DNA from: Chiloscyllium plagiosum | Taxonomy: Eukaryota | DNA: 63,084 nt | Direction: 5' to 3' | Assembly: GCF_004010195.1 (NCBI RefSeq) | Contig: NW_025215097.1 | Location: 1 to 63,084, forward strand | In this document: positions 12,822 to 25,839 of the stretch, piece after piece | Numbering within the stretch: the first letter of the stretch is position 1 | How the letters are laid out: every line of letters starts with the position of its first letter | Position numbers and translations under genes: made by a program | Notes under the pieces: model-generated | The model's input: the letters and a program-made list of their open reading frames with translations, nothing else | Databases searched by the model: none | Told to the model about the DNA's origin: nothing

Positions 12822-13131
12822 GGGGTGGCACAGTGGCTCAGTGGTTAGCAGTACAGCCTCACAGCACCAGGGACCTGGGTTTGATTCTAGCCTTGGATGA
12901 CTGTCTGTGTGGAGTCTGCACATTCTCCCTGTGTCTGCGTGGGTGTCCTCCCACACTCCAAAGATGTGCAGGTTAGGTGGATTGGTCACGCTACATTGCC
13001 CATAGTGTTAGGCGCATCATTCAGGGGAAATGTAGAGGAAATAAGGAAATGAATCTGGGTGGGTTACTCTTCGGAGGTCAGTGCAGACTTGTTGGGCTAA
13101 AGGGCCTGTTTCCACACTGTAGGGATTCTAA
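12822..13131 (+). mobile_element. HE1 SINE
   Basis: GGTGGCACAGTGGCTCAGTGGTTAGC head; tail GGGCCTGTTTCCACACTGTAGGGATTCTA. Confidence 0.92.
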
Positions 13132-14792
13132 GTTCAAAACAATTTCCATTGACTTCCTGGTACTTGTCCTGTACCTACCTAGTAATGCAGGTGAGTTTTT
13201 ATTGTAATTATCTGCGGCTTGCTGCCATTGTCTGGCATCTTGCTGTCTCCTATTTGGCTGATGCTCCTGACAGTTTCATAATCTGCCTACAAGTAAAACC
13301 TTTCTAGGTCAGATGAGCGAATTTGAATGGGAGTTAGTTTTGGACTAGATTTTGAACTGGGGTTTTAGTTTGAGTTAGAAGTTTAGAGCATTGACTAAGG
13401 GTCAGGGATAAGTTTGGGCTTCATCTTAGTTTACAGTTACATTTAGAATAATTAACTTTTGAATTGATTGCCGGTTGAAATACTTTAAACATGGACCAAC
13501 TTGAAAAGACATCTCTGCGATTGTTGAACATCTTAAGATAACTTTAATTTAATTGAAGGGTGAACGGTAAGTGATCGCAGATGGAAATATAACTGAGGCA
13601 ATGTTGCTGTAACTTGCAAAAGAAAACTTCAAACATTTTCCAGGTGACACTTGATGTCCAATGTAAGATTACAAATGTAAAATCTCTCCTAATCATGAGG
13701 TGCCTTTTAATATCTACCACCAGCAGATATTGGCCAAGTTGGTTCATTCAGTTGACACTGATAATGGGGCCATATTGAAATCAATGGTGACCACTGCTTC
13801 AAGTATTCTACATCCAGGTTATCAGGGCTGAAGTCTAAACTGCACCTATTTTTAGAAAAATATCTCCAACCTGCCCAGTCAATGAACATTATGCTGGGAG
13901 CCAGAGCTCCAGCAGTAAATTCACACCATTGCCCATGAGGTGTCCAAAGCTCTTGTGCAGCCCTCCAATTTTTCAGTTTCTGACAAGTCATTTGACCTAA
14001 AGTATCACCCTGCAAACTCAGCATGTGCCTAATGCTCCATGGTTTATACATTGAGAAAAGAGTTTTAGTTTTGTAATGAGGCTTACGTCCATTATGGGAT
14101 TTCAGACATGAGCATTGAAGTTTATTAGCCATCAACTAAGAGCTGGTTTCCAGGAAATAATGTTATCAGCATGTATTTCTATAAACACCTACAAGACATC
14201 TAATGCTGGGATACAATGAAGTTCAGATGATGCCTTAAGGCACTACTGTGCAACACAACAATTTATAAACATTACTTGAACCCCCAAGAATGTGAACAGC
14301 GTTCAACTCCCTCTGCTGGCCCAGTTCCTTTCAATACCTTGTGCTCATCTTATTATTCTTCAGGCTTAGAATTGTCAAAATGCACTGTCAATGAAAAGGG
14401 TATTGCAATACTTTTTGTTAAAAAAAGGATAGTTCTGTCACATGATTGACAGAAGCAGTATTGAATAGTACATTGTAAAATGACTGAGCATTCTGTGTAG
14501 TTTGCATTAATGCTTTTCTAACATTCTAAGGCTACTATCTCAGACAGAGACACGGAGTTCAAATTTAACTGGCAGTGAATTACTTTCAGAAAAATGTGGA
14601 GCTGAACTTTACCAGTTGGGTTGCGACATTAAATGGTAGTGAGTTATTTGCAGGATATGTTGGACTGCACAACAGTAGCACAAATTAGAGCTCAGGAGCT
14701 CACCAGGGCTACTGGGAGTGTTGGCCATTGTTGAGGTAGCAGGGCCTTGCAGCTTTCAACGTGTGGAAATGAAGCATCTTTCAAAAATATTG

Positions 14793-15177
14793 GAGGGGAA
14801 ATCTTTCCAACAATGTCATTGGAGCCACAGTACTCCCTTTCCTGCCTGTAAAACCCATTTTTATTGTTTTACGAACTCACCCCCTCTGGTTGTCCATGGG
14901 AGGCAATCTCCATTTAACTGGCTACCTTTGCACATGACAGGCCCACATCAGTAAAATGGCCCTGAACATGGACTTTACAAACTGGCTTGTCTGCCTCCTG
15001 GTGTCAAGCAGCCTTTTCAAATGTGGTGCCAACATTTGTAACATTTCCAAATAAGGGGCATGACCAAGAATCCAATGTGATATGGCTCCCTGCAATTTTA
15101 CCACACCAACACCACACTCTCTTCCATTCCCTCTACTACCTCCATTCCTGTCAGAGGGGGCTGGTAAATTTCTGCCC
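14793..15177. mobile_element. Putative old non-autonomous DNA transposon with a GGGCAGAA-type terminus
   Basis: Relatively GC-rich island ending in AAATTTCTGCCC; similar termini at 52697-52708, 61418-61429 and 63038-63049. Confidence 0.4.
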
Positions 15178-15829
15178 ATTAGTTTCTGTTTGGTTCCTGT
15201 AAACTGACAGCAGAATAACACCCCCGTGATATATTAACCATTCATTGACATGTCAGCATTTTGCCTTCAACAGTGGAGAAGCCAGCTAATAGTAGCTGCT
15301 GACTTCCGCAGCCATTGACCAAACCAGAGCTCATTTTAACTTAGCTAGAGAGGTGCTAGGATTTTGGACCAGGAATAAACTAAACTTTCCAGATCTGATT
15401 TGGTTATAAGCAGAGAGTTGCATCTAAAAGCAACAATATCACAGGGAACCAATTCCCCAACAGAATTAGTCCAATAAAAGCTATTTAAAATTGACATGAC
15501 ATAAAGAATTCAAAATATACACACTGAAAATAATTCAATGCTCTGCTGTGTGTGTAAGTATGTGAACAGGCGGGGAGTCATGATAAAATGATAGTGTACA
15601 ATGGCAAAACTGAATCGATTTATAGTTTGAACGATTATTATGAAAATCCCACTCAAATCTGCTAAGGTAATGTAGCATGTCAGACAGTACATGGATCTTC
15701 ATTCCTTCAACAAAGTTCCCAACCCACATCCCCTGGGATTGATAACTGCATTCTGGCCTGAACTTCCCCATAGCAACATCCGGAATTCCTTGCCATTATT
15801 AATGCAACAGGAATTTCTAAACACTTTCA

Positions 15830-16790
15830 CTGTTTTTCTGTAGCAAACTCTCAGGATTCACTGTTTGAATTTGAATAGAACTTCTCTGATCCAATAATAT
15901 CAATTTCTGAAAAATATAAAGCAGCATAGAACCGCAATAATCTCTTTGGACATAAATCTCACTGAATATAGTTACTTCCAAAACATTTGACATTCTTTCT
16001 AATGCATGTTTATATAGAGCATTGTTTCTGACATACAACCTCTTATGATAATGCTGCATTCTCTCTGATATACAGAACTCTGTCTGGTTATGCCCTACAT
16101 ACACTATATAAGATACAGCAGTTCCTGTGCTGCTGAGCTTTTCAAATATATAGTAATTATTCTGATATCACTTTGTTCTCCCTGTAAAATCCATTAATCT
16201 TTGTGGTACATAATTGTAGATGAAATACAGCACCTATGATGTCCACTCATATCTATGGTGTGCAACAACCTCGGTGTTATGCAAACTTCTCTAAATACAG
16301 AACAACATCTCTAATATAAGCATACTCAGTGACATATGATAATCTCTGCAATACACAGCATTCTCTGTGACACACACTAATCTCTGCTCCCCCGATTCCT
16401 TCATATATAGCATTTTCAATTTGGAAGTCTTTATGACATACAGTTTGTTCCTCAGTATGCAGTAATCTAACTGATACACAGCATTTGCTCTGGTACACTA
16501 CATTCCATTTGATATACAGAGATCTCTCTGATATTCAGTACATCTGTACATCATAGAACAGTCTTACTAAGAAATGATGTGTCTGTGATGCACAGAAATC
16601 TCTGTGACATGGGAGCAAGTTCTCTGGCAAATAGGACCTCTATTAGATGATTAGCTACGTGGTGTACAGCATTTCTTCCAATATACAGTAATCTGATAAA
16701 TATAGCTTTCCCTTATACAGAATATTTGTGGCATACTGTAAAGCATTTCCTCCACTATGCAGAAGTTTGTGACATACAATAATGTTCATG
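15830..16790 (+). repeat. Degenerate ~20-nt tandem repeat tract (ATACAGCAATCTCTCTGAT-like)
   Basis: Recurrent variants such as CTCTCTGATATACAGAACTC, GATATACAGAGATCTCTCTGATATTCAG and ATACACAGCATTCTCTGTGACAC. Confidence 0.65.
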
Positions 16791-17494
16791 GTGGCAGAGG
16801 CAGAGTGAAGGTAAAAGTGTTACAGAGGTGCTAATAATTCAATGATGGAGGAGATGTTGGATTTAAAACTCAGTCGAGGATGACAAGATTATAAACTAGC
16901 TAATTGATCATGTAAGAGTGCCTGCAGAGAGAGAGAGAGAAATTCTTTGGCAAGAGGCCAAAGCCATGGGGTTAAGGTTCTTGGCACCCAATAATCCAAT
17001 ACTGAAATTATGTAGCTGAAACTCATCCGGATTTGATTTTGAACAAGTTGTTTGCCAAGATGATAGCAATTCAGGGGTTAAAGTAAATACCAGGTATTAT
17101 CTCAGAGGACAAATATCCCTCCTGAATATTCATTTCCTCTGACTTTTGAGCTGTTATGTACTCCACTCTATTTTATCCAACATTGGTGACATAGCCTTCA
17201 GCTGTCTCACTGTACTCCAGCCCTGTATGTCCTGGGCTTTCCTTAAGACCTCTTCAAAACCATTCCTTTAAACATCTAATGTTTTCCTTTTTAGCTCAGT
17301 ATTAATTTTATTATATGTATTTTTTGAAGGAGCTGTTAATGATACCTAGATTTCTCTTTGATCTATGTTCATGTGTTTATTCTGATCAGGGAAGGAAACA
17401 TAAATAATTGCTGATAGATTCTGAATTGCAAAGTAAATTAGATGTAAATAGCAGTTTTAATTTTGTAAAGTATCCCAGCACTTGACAGGCACAT

Positions 17495-17660
17495 AATAAA
17501 TCAAAATATGACACCAGGCCATATAAGACTGAAAGCTTGGTCAAAGAGGTAGATTTTAACAAGTGTCTTAAAGGAAAATGTAAGGCAAAGAGCCAGAGAG
17601 TGGTTGGAAAGATATTCCAAAACCTAGAGCTGAGGCAATTGAAGGTGTGGCCTACAATAG
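17495..17660 (-). mobile_element. L2-type LINE 3' remnant
   Basis: AAAGCTTGGTCAAAGAGGTAGATTTT...GTCTTAAAGGA...ATTCCAAAACCTAGAGC, a typical reverse-oriented L2 3' region. Confidence 0.55.
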
Positions 17661-17679
17661 GATGTGGGTGGTGCTGTCA

Positions 17680-18270
17680 AAGCCACTTTATCGCCTTAGA
17701 CCAGTTGGCCTGATAAGGTAATGTTGAGCTGCCTTCTTGAACTCTTTTTGTTTTTGTGGTGAGGGTACTCTCATAATGACTCTATCTAAGGAATTTCAGG
17801 ATTTTCAGTTAGCAGCAATGAAAGATTTTTTCCCTTCCAAATCAGGATGGTGTGTGATTTGAAGGGGAATCTTGTGATAGTAGTGTTCTCACAATCTTGC
17901 TGTTCTTCTCCAGCAGAACTTGGAGCTAGAGTTTAAATAAGTTTGGTGAGTTATTACAATGCATGCTATAGATACTAAACAATGAAGCTACAATGCACAA
18001 TGGTGAAGAAGGGTGGTTGAAGGCTGGGGGGTTTTTCCTAATGGAAATAATCATTACCGTCAAATATATGGCACAATTATTTCTCAACCTGAGTGTGCTG
18101 CAGCCTGGCAAGTAGTGTTTCATTAGTGGGAGAACTCTGCATGGATTTCTGTACTGGAATTATCAGTAAACAGACCCATGACTGATTTTGGTGGAGTGAG
18201 AGTTACGGATGAAGCAGCTGAAGATGGTTCGATTGAAAATACTTCCCTGAGGAATACCTGCAGTGGTATT
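17680..18270 (-). mobile_element. Old fragment of the second CR1-clade LINE family
   Basis: Reverse-complement similarity to 22320-23150 (GATGAAGCAGCTGAAGATGGTT...CCCTGAGGAATACCTGCAGTG). Confidence 0.6.
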
Positions 18271-18289
18271 TATCTGCATTGTCACCTTT

Positions 18290-18915
18290 GGCAAACAGCA
18301 ATCATGCAATATATAGTTATTTCTCTGATATATATATGTGTACCATAATTTTTTTTTTTCTGTGATGACAACAATCTTTCACTCTGTTGGATACATAGCA
18401 ATAGCACATGCAACAATCTCTCAGATGTATTGTGTGATCTATCAGTCTGTCTACTACAGTGATCTCTCCAATATAGTCTGATGTATTTTTTCTTTTGGAA
18501 ATACAGCAATCTCTCATTCTGTCTACTGCAGACTGATCACTCACATTGTCAGTAATTCAGTGATCACTTAATTTCCAACATGCAGTCGGCTCATTGCTGA
18601 GTTATGCAACAATCTCGAGTTCTCTGAAAATTGCAAACTCTTCATATGGAGAAACAGTGATCCCTCACATTCTTTGTCTTGAAACAATCTATCATTTCCT
18701 CTGTTACAGTGATATCTTGCCTTCTCTATTATACAGTGATCTCTCACTCTCTCTGTCCACAATGATCTCTCACCCTTAGTTACACTGTGATCTCTTAAAC
18801 TCTCTATTAGGGTGTTTCTTACCTCTATGTTTCAGAGAGATCTCACCCACTCTTGCACTGTAATCTCACCCTCTGTATTACAATGATCTCTTTGTTACTC
18901 AGTCTCTCTGTTGTA
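18290..18915 (+). repeat. Second degenerate ~20-nt tandem tract (TACAGTGATCTCTCA-like)
   Basis: ATACAGCAATCTCTCATTC, ATACAGTGATCTCTCACTC, ACAATGATCTCTCACCC and ACACTGTGATCTCT. Confidence 0.65.
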
Positions 18916-20979
18916 ACATCTTTTGAGCATGGTTCCTTCATTATTAGAAAATAATTATAGACAACCTCTTATGAATGGTGCACAGCTCCCAGAATCAGCA
19001 TTACTGTACTTAACTGAAATACCAATTACACAGGCAGAAGGCTCTGTGCTTTCTTCCAAACTCACATAAACATTAGCAACATGAATTCGATTTGATGACA
19101 GATCTTTCCAAAACACCCGCCCCCATTCAGATACACACACCAGAAGCAGCCAGAAGGCAGCCAGTACAGCACTCACTTTTTCAACATAAATAACTTGTTT
19201 CACTATTCCTAACCAGTTAGGAACTGTGGGCAGAAGAAGCCATCAGTATAAACCCTAGAGTGAGTACCTCCTCTGACCTCTGTTTGACTCCTGCACTGGC
19301 CTTGGCAGAAGTCGATGGAGGGTTGCCAGCTTACTCCATCACCAAGGGAGCAATGTGAGGTCCAGCAGTGACTTGAAATTAATCTGGGGAAAATGTATTT
19401 ATTCAAAAAAACAAACTTGTTTGATTTCCTTTGAGCCTCATTAGCTTGGGCCATTCTCCTGTCCTCAGGCACCTAGGACTTCTACTTCTGTTGTTTACTT
19501 GTTTTAAGTTTTTAAAGTTCTTTCAACCATAATGGCTGCATACCACTGTGTAACTTATGATTTGCTATTTGTTAATTTTGTATTGAAAATTAATAAACAA
19601 TGTTTTTTTTAAAAAAAGAAAGGAAGAACAGAATTTGCATTTACAAAAAGAAGCAAGAAGCCAGAACAGTAACATGAATCCAAGATGTTAAAAATTAAGC
19701 TCCCACAATTTGAAAATGCTCTCCCACAGCCTCCCCTATGAAGTTAATTACTGGCCATGGAGTAGCATAGATTGAATACAGGCTTCCCTTTAAGAGAGCG
19801 CTACGTGCTAAATAGTTAAACATGTGTTTGTGTAAAATCCCATCCAGAAATGGCACTGCCCGCTGGGATCAAGGCCTCCAAACTGAAAAAAAAATGGCAA
19901 ACTACACCAGTAGCAGAAAAGAAAGAAAAGCAGGAGAGGAACTACAGCTTGCCTTCCAATAGTTTCTGAGCCTGTTGTAATGTAAGATGCCACTATCACT
20001 CCTGTGGAGAATAAACCACAAAGTCCAATCAGCGAAACTGCTGTTCCAGCTGAGAAATCTTTTGTAAAATATCAACACTGACAATTTCTTTGGTGTTTCT
20101 TACAGTTAGCCACTATGACCATAGCAGAATGTATCTCTATCTCAAGATAATCCACATGGGCAGAGTCTCTGATGGTCTTTTGCCAAAGTTATTGTGACTG
20201 ATCAAGAGATGCCCTTTGGAAATTTCAGGTAGGCATTTCATTTTGGATATTGACCTCAAATGCTTGGCTCCTTTAGTTAGATTTTTTCAATCCTTCTTTT
20301 TTCTGCCTTTTTTGCCTTATCTAACAATTATGAACCATAACTATAACAAAATGACAATGCGTCCCATCCAGGCCTGACACAGTTCCAGATTTACACAGTG
20401 TAACTCATTCAGCTCAGACACAGTACTAGTTTTAAATGGAATGTTTGCCCAAGTTACGCGGAGTGGCAGTTTTCCACAGTGTGAGAGGTCCAATTCACAA
20501 GGCTGTCTTTAATGGGATCCTGCTGGTGATATGTCTTTAAAAGAAGTTTGGATGAAATTAGCTCAATGGTAGAAGTAATTCTGATGGTGAATTTCATTAA
20601 AGATGATATTGATAGTGTGACATCCTCCTTAAACTAGTCTTAATAGTACATCTGTAAAAGATATTGTAGGTTTGGGATTCCCCTTTTGAAATGGAGCTCA
20701 ATTTAACTGTGCACATTCATGTCACCATATGACTGACTTTTTAAAACTGGAAATTCTAATTAGACCCTGGTGTGGCTGTCATTTGATGCTAAGACTAAAC
20801 CTAGCTACTATGTCAGGCATGCAAGCATGAGCATTTTGTAACTGAACCATCTTATTTTATAAATATAAATATCATAGCCTCAAAATTCAAACTAAAAAAC
20901 AACAAATAACAAAAGTCATACATGATGCTTTTACTTGAACTGAATAGCTTTCCTTTGTTAACTGACCAGACATCTTTGC

Positions 20980-21378
20980 TGTTGTTCAGTAGCAGTATTC
21001 TTACCTCACAGCTGAAGGTCTTAAATTCAAGTCATATTGCAGGACTTGAGCTCTAATCATGACTGATAAGCTAGAGTCCTACTATGGGAATGCTATTCTG
21101 TCACAGGTGCTTACTTCTCAATTAAGAGGTAAACTGATGTCCTGAATGCCTGTCTAACTGGACATAAAAACATCCCATATAATGATTCAGACAGGAGAGA
21201 GGAAGTTCTCCCTGTGTCCTTTCAACCAAAAACAATTAACTGGTCTTTCTTCCCAACTTTGTCCATACTTTAATTGGTGCCATCCTCCTCCACAGAGCAA
21301 TAATCCTTAATTGGCTGAAGAATACTTTGAGACAACTTTGAGGAATGAAATATTCTATATACATCTAAATTCTTTCAT
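20980..21378 (+). mobile_element. DeuSINE (SacSINE1-like), diverged
   Basis: tRNA-like head (GTTCAGTAGCAGTATTCTTACCTC...TTCAAGTC), Deu-like core, tail ATTGGCTGAAGAATACTTTGAGAC. Confidence 0.6.
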
Positions 21379-21444
21379 TACAAAACAACAGAATTGTCAT
21401 TACAGCACCTTATGTACAAATATGCAACATATTCCAGCACCATA

Positions 21445-21775
21445 TGGTGGCACAGTGGTTAGCTCTGCTACCTCACAGCAGCAGGTATCTGGATTTGATT
21501 CGAGCCTTGGGTGACTGTCTGGGTGGAGTTTGCATGTTCTCCCCAGGTCTGCATGGGTTTTGCCAGATGCTTCAGTTTCTTCCCATAGTCCAAAGATGTG
21601 CAGGTTAGGTGGATTGGCTACTCTGAATTGTCCTAAAGTGTCCAGGGGTGTGCACACTCGATGGATTAGCTGTGATAAGTGCAGTGTTATGGGGATAGAA
21701 TGGGGAGCGAGAGTCAGTGCAAACTCAATGAGCTGAATGGCTTCTCTCTGTACTGTAGATTTCTATCATTCTATC
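21445..21775 (+). mobile_element. HE1 SINE (diverged)
   Basis: GGTGGCACAGTGGTTAGC head, V-domain, tail TACTGTAGATTTCTATCATTCTAT. Confidence 0.9.
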
Positions 21776-21866
21776 ACTGATGTACTCACTTAACTATGAC
21801 AATTTCATGACATAGTTAAGGCTTTCATTTAACTAGCAGTACCCATCTATCTTTCAATTAAGTTAT

Positions 21867-23213
21867 GGGGAGGCAATGACATAGAGGTATTGTCAAGGAA
21901 CTAGTAATCTAGTGGCCCAGTCGAACACTGTCAGTTGTATTCCCACTATGCATCGAGAAAATTTAAATTGAGTTAATTTACTGTACTTATAAAGTCTGAA
22001 AGTGTAAAATAGTCTCAGTAATAAATGATGGCAATAAATTATTGTCAATCATTGTAATAAATTCATTGGTTCACTAGTGACCTTCAAGGAACAAACCCTT
22101 ACATGGTTTAGCTTACACGGGACTCTAGATACACAGCAACGTGGCTGATGCTTGAATGCCCCTGAACAGAATAAAACTGGACAGAGCACCACCATCAAGG
22201 AGCCCTAGCAAAACTGATACCAATGGGAATCAGTAGGAAAGTTCTCAACTCTTTGGAGTCATACATAGTAGAAAAGAAAATGGCTCTGATTGTTGGAGGT
22301 CAATCATCTCAGATCCAGAACATCACTGCAGAACTTTCTCAGGGTAGTGACTAAGGCCCAACTACTTTCAACTGCTTCATCAATGACCTCCCCACCAGTA
22401 TATGGTCAGAAGTGAGGATATTCACTGATGTTCCCACAATGTTCAGCACCATTCAGGGCTCCTCAGGTACTCTGGCAGTGCATGGGCAACAAGACCTAAA
22501 AAGCATCCAGGCTTGGGCTGATAAGTAGCAAATAACATTTATACTACACCATGCCACGATCATCTCCATCAAGGGAGAAATCTAACCATTTCCTTTTGAC
22601 AGTCCAAGCACAAAGTCCTCCACTGTCAACATCCTGGAGGGGGTACCATGGACAGGAACCGAATCAGACCAGCCATATAAATACTGTGGCTGCAAGAAAA
22701 GGTCAGAAACTAGGAATCTTGCAGCTGGCAGCTCGCCTTCTGACTCCCCAAAGCCTATCCCCCATCTGCATAATCATCCTTTGTCTGGATGAATGCCGCT
22801 CTAAATACTTGAGGCTCAAAACCATCAGTACAAAGTAACTTGCTTGACTGGCACCCTATCCACTACTCATCACACAGTGGCAGCTGTGTCTACCATATAC
22901 AAGGTGTACTGCAGTAACTCACCAATGCTCCTTTCACACCACCTTCAAAACCCCTCACCCTCTACCACCAGAAAGACAAGTGCAGCAGATATATGGAACA
23001 CCACCTGTATCTCCTCCAAGCCACAAACCATCATGACCTGGAAATATATCAACCTTTCCTTGCTGTTGCTGGGTCAAAATCAAAACAGCATGTGGTTGTA
23101 CCTACACTACAAAGTCAGCAGAGAGGTCTCAATCACATTCTCAAAAGCAATTTGGGATGAACAATAAATGCTGGCCTAACCAGTGATGCCAACATCCAAT
23201 GGAAGAATGAAAA
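21867..23213 (+). mobile_element. SINE-type head fused to about 1 kb of a second CR1-clade LINE 3' region
   Basis: 21867-22165 matches the SINE at 44021; 22190-23213 carries RT remnants (HQGALAKL, QGS..GPTTFNCFINDLP, FTD) and the tail AATAAATGCTGGCCTAACCAGTGATGCCAACATCC. Confidence 0.75.
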
Positions 23214-24499
23214 GAAACACACTTCTTTCATTATTCTCTATGATATTAAGCTTTCACCTCAGTTAAGTTATGATAAATCTGTTAATTACCTAATTGTCTA
23301 ACATGATTACAATTACAAAAATAGTAATTTTTGCCTGATGAATGTTGAAGTCTGTTAGTAATTTTGCAGAAAAAAATAAAGGAAATTTGTATGAAGATAC
23401 ATAAAGTCTATGAAGATGTATCATAGTAGAAGGAACTTCGAGGCTAAAGTGTTCCTAATCCATAATATATAGGGATTTGATGGAGGAATGGAGAAGGATC
23501 ATTTGTTCCTACACCTAATGTTAAGTTGGACAAGGCAAGTATATTGCCCGTCCTTCTAAAGGACTTAGTGAGAATGACTTTGGTGATGGAACTTCTTCGA
23601 ATCTCACAGGCATACTTTTCCAGCTCGTAGGTTTTCATTCGTTTCTAGTGGGGCTAATCCTTCTTTGGGATGAGCTTGTTCAGTCAGAATAAGATATCCT
23701 TTGTTTTGGTGAGGCCCTGTGGGGTGTTTAATATTGAACATTCAGTCAGAGATTGCATACACAAATGTACCCAGGTTTTCATAGGCATTGTTCCAGATCC
23801 TGCTGGAGTAATTGGATCACAGGTATCAGAGTCTCTCTAATGACTGGTAGCCTTCTTAAACACAGCTCCTCATTTAAATATAGGTACATCATTCCTGGTC
23901 TATATACTCTGTGTGCTGAATATAGATGCCTCATGCTGTTCCCATCTTAGGTGGTCCCTTCTGTGGTTCCATTGTGGCTGTTTGTGGTCTCTCCAGCAGC
24001 TGCCACAGATCTTCCTCCTCATGCAAACAGCAGTGTGTTCCCAAAACCACTGTCATTTGCCAAAGTACTATGAGAGTCTCTCAGTCTCCTAGATTCTTGC
24101 AAGTAAAGAAAAGGTCTGCCCCACACAAACCCCTGGCATTATGAAGACACCTAGATGTCCAAACATTTGCAGATGTATGTCTTTTTAAATAGCACCCTAA
24201 ATGGTATGTTCCCTGTTGTACTGCCCACTTTGCAAGCTGGGTTCTGTACAGCAAAATGCCTGCCATTTAGTTTGAAAACTGTTGTGGACTCCTACCTATA
24301 TCATAAAATGATAATTTTCATAACATAAAGAGATTTCAACTGGAAAGACGCGGGCACCAGGGCATTCTTACAAGATCCTATGCAAGCTGGTGACCAGTAT
24401 TCACAAGTACAAAATGGTTTGTAATATCAAAACAGTTATTTTAAGGCTATCACCACTTCATTTATCACAGGGAGAACAAGTCTAAGTCAATTTCAATGG

Positions 24500-24705
24500 A
24501 ACCTCCCACTCTTGTGGCCAACATTCTTCCATAACTGACACCATGAAGAACACACTAATTAGTCATTCATCTTATTGCCAGTTGTGGGATCATGCTTTAC
24601 GTAAATGCCTGCCACATTTATCTATGCAACAACAGCTGCACAATATTATCCATTATATATGTAATGCTTTGATGACAAAATAAGGCATTGTAAAATGCAA
24701 GATTT
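24500..24705 (+). mobile_element. DeuSINE-like fragment
   Basis: TGGCCAACATTCTTCC...GTCATTCATCTTATTGCCAGTTGTGGGATC...TGCCACATTT...AAATGCAAG. Confidence 0.6.
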
Positions 24706-25102
24706 TTTTAAGTCTGAATCTTCTCCCTGCTCTATATTGTTAAAGAACACACTAACAGTTTAGGGCTTAGACTCACTAATTGAATGTTTTCAAAAAAAAT
24801 TGTGGCAAATAGATTATTAGATTGAACAGGAACTGGCTACAGTAATAATTTTACTAGTTGTAGCTTTAATAATATTAAATGCTAAAATGTAATATGTAGG
24901 ATGGAAGCCACAAGTGTGTTCAATGCTAAGGCTTTTGAAATAATACAGACTTATGATACTTGTATCATAACTTAATTACGTGGGTATTATTCATTTCAGC
25001 TGAAGAGACAATTGAACATGTAAGGAGTCAAAGTGTTATGAAGATAAGCAGTCTTATTAGAAATTATAGCACTGTTATTTAATTTAACATTGTTATATAA
25101 GG

Positions 25103-25270
25103 AGGGTACCATTGTGGTTATGTTACTGGATTCATTTTCCAGAGGTCTGGAAAAATGATCCAAGGTCATGAGTTAATTTTTCCATTATGATAGCTGGGGA
25201 TTTGAAATTCAGTTAGTTAAATAAATGTAGTATGCAAAGCTAATACAGTATCTGTAATGGTGACCATAAT
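25103..25270 (+). mobile_element. 5' part of a tRNA-derived SINE (same type as 44021)
   Basis: TGTGGTTATGTTACTGGA...CCAGAGG...ATGAGTT...GCTGGGGATTTGAAATTCAGTT...GTAATGGTGACCAT. Confidence 0.55.
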
Positions 25271-25419
25271 TTCATTCCTGTATTCACTGGGGCTGTAAGG
25301 TGTAAAAAAAACTAATTTGCAGATCCCTGAAATCTCATCTTGATATCCATTAAAATAGTAAATAGTCTCAGACTTAAAACCTTTCTGAGGACAGGAGGAG
25401 TCAAGATGGATTTTCAGAT

Positions 25420-25605
25420 ATCTTACTGTGCCACAGGTGTGATATGAGCCACATAGTACACAAAAGTCCTAGATCAATGTCTAATAATTTCTGACACATT
25501 GTCAAGAGAGTCAGTATATAGATTAGACAAAGGGAAGAATCCCTAAAGGGTTTCTGTCACCTGTGTTCTACTAATTTGAAACCAAAGCAGATTACAGCCT
25601 GGAAA
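25420..25605 (+). mobile_element. LF-SINE-like remnant (very diverged)
   Basis: GGTGTGATATGAGCCACATAG...AAGTCCTAGATCAAT...AGGGAAGAAT...GGGTTTCTG...CTGGAAAG. Confidence 0.4.
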
Positions 25606-25839
25606 GAAAAGGACGAAATTACCTTGTAACATACTACAGTATTGTAGGTCATTCTGCATTGACATTCCTATCAAACTGATTAAAAAATGCACCATAAATC
25701 AGAATTACCTTAAAAAATGAAAATGAAAATCACAATGTAAAGTAAACGCCTATAGTGGAAGCCTATAGTGAAAAGAAATGAGGTAAATCAATAAGTATTT
25801 GTTAGGTATCAACAAGCTTTTACCTTAAAACTGCCTAAG

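Noticed and set aside
13330..13450. Interstitial telomere-like tract
   Set aside because: GT-rich with TTAG words but no perfect TTAGGG runs; too degenerate to call
13707..14135. 142-aa minus-strand ORF
   Set aside because: No recognisable domain, non-ATG start, composition typical of a chance ORF
15830..16790. CRISPR-like array
   Set aside because: Eukaryotic context; units are degenerate with no identical repeats or unique spacers
24951..24970. Short palindrome TTATGATAC-TT-GTATCATAA
   Set aside because: A 9-bp AT-rich stem is expected by chance in 63 kb
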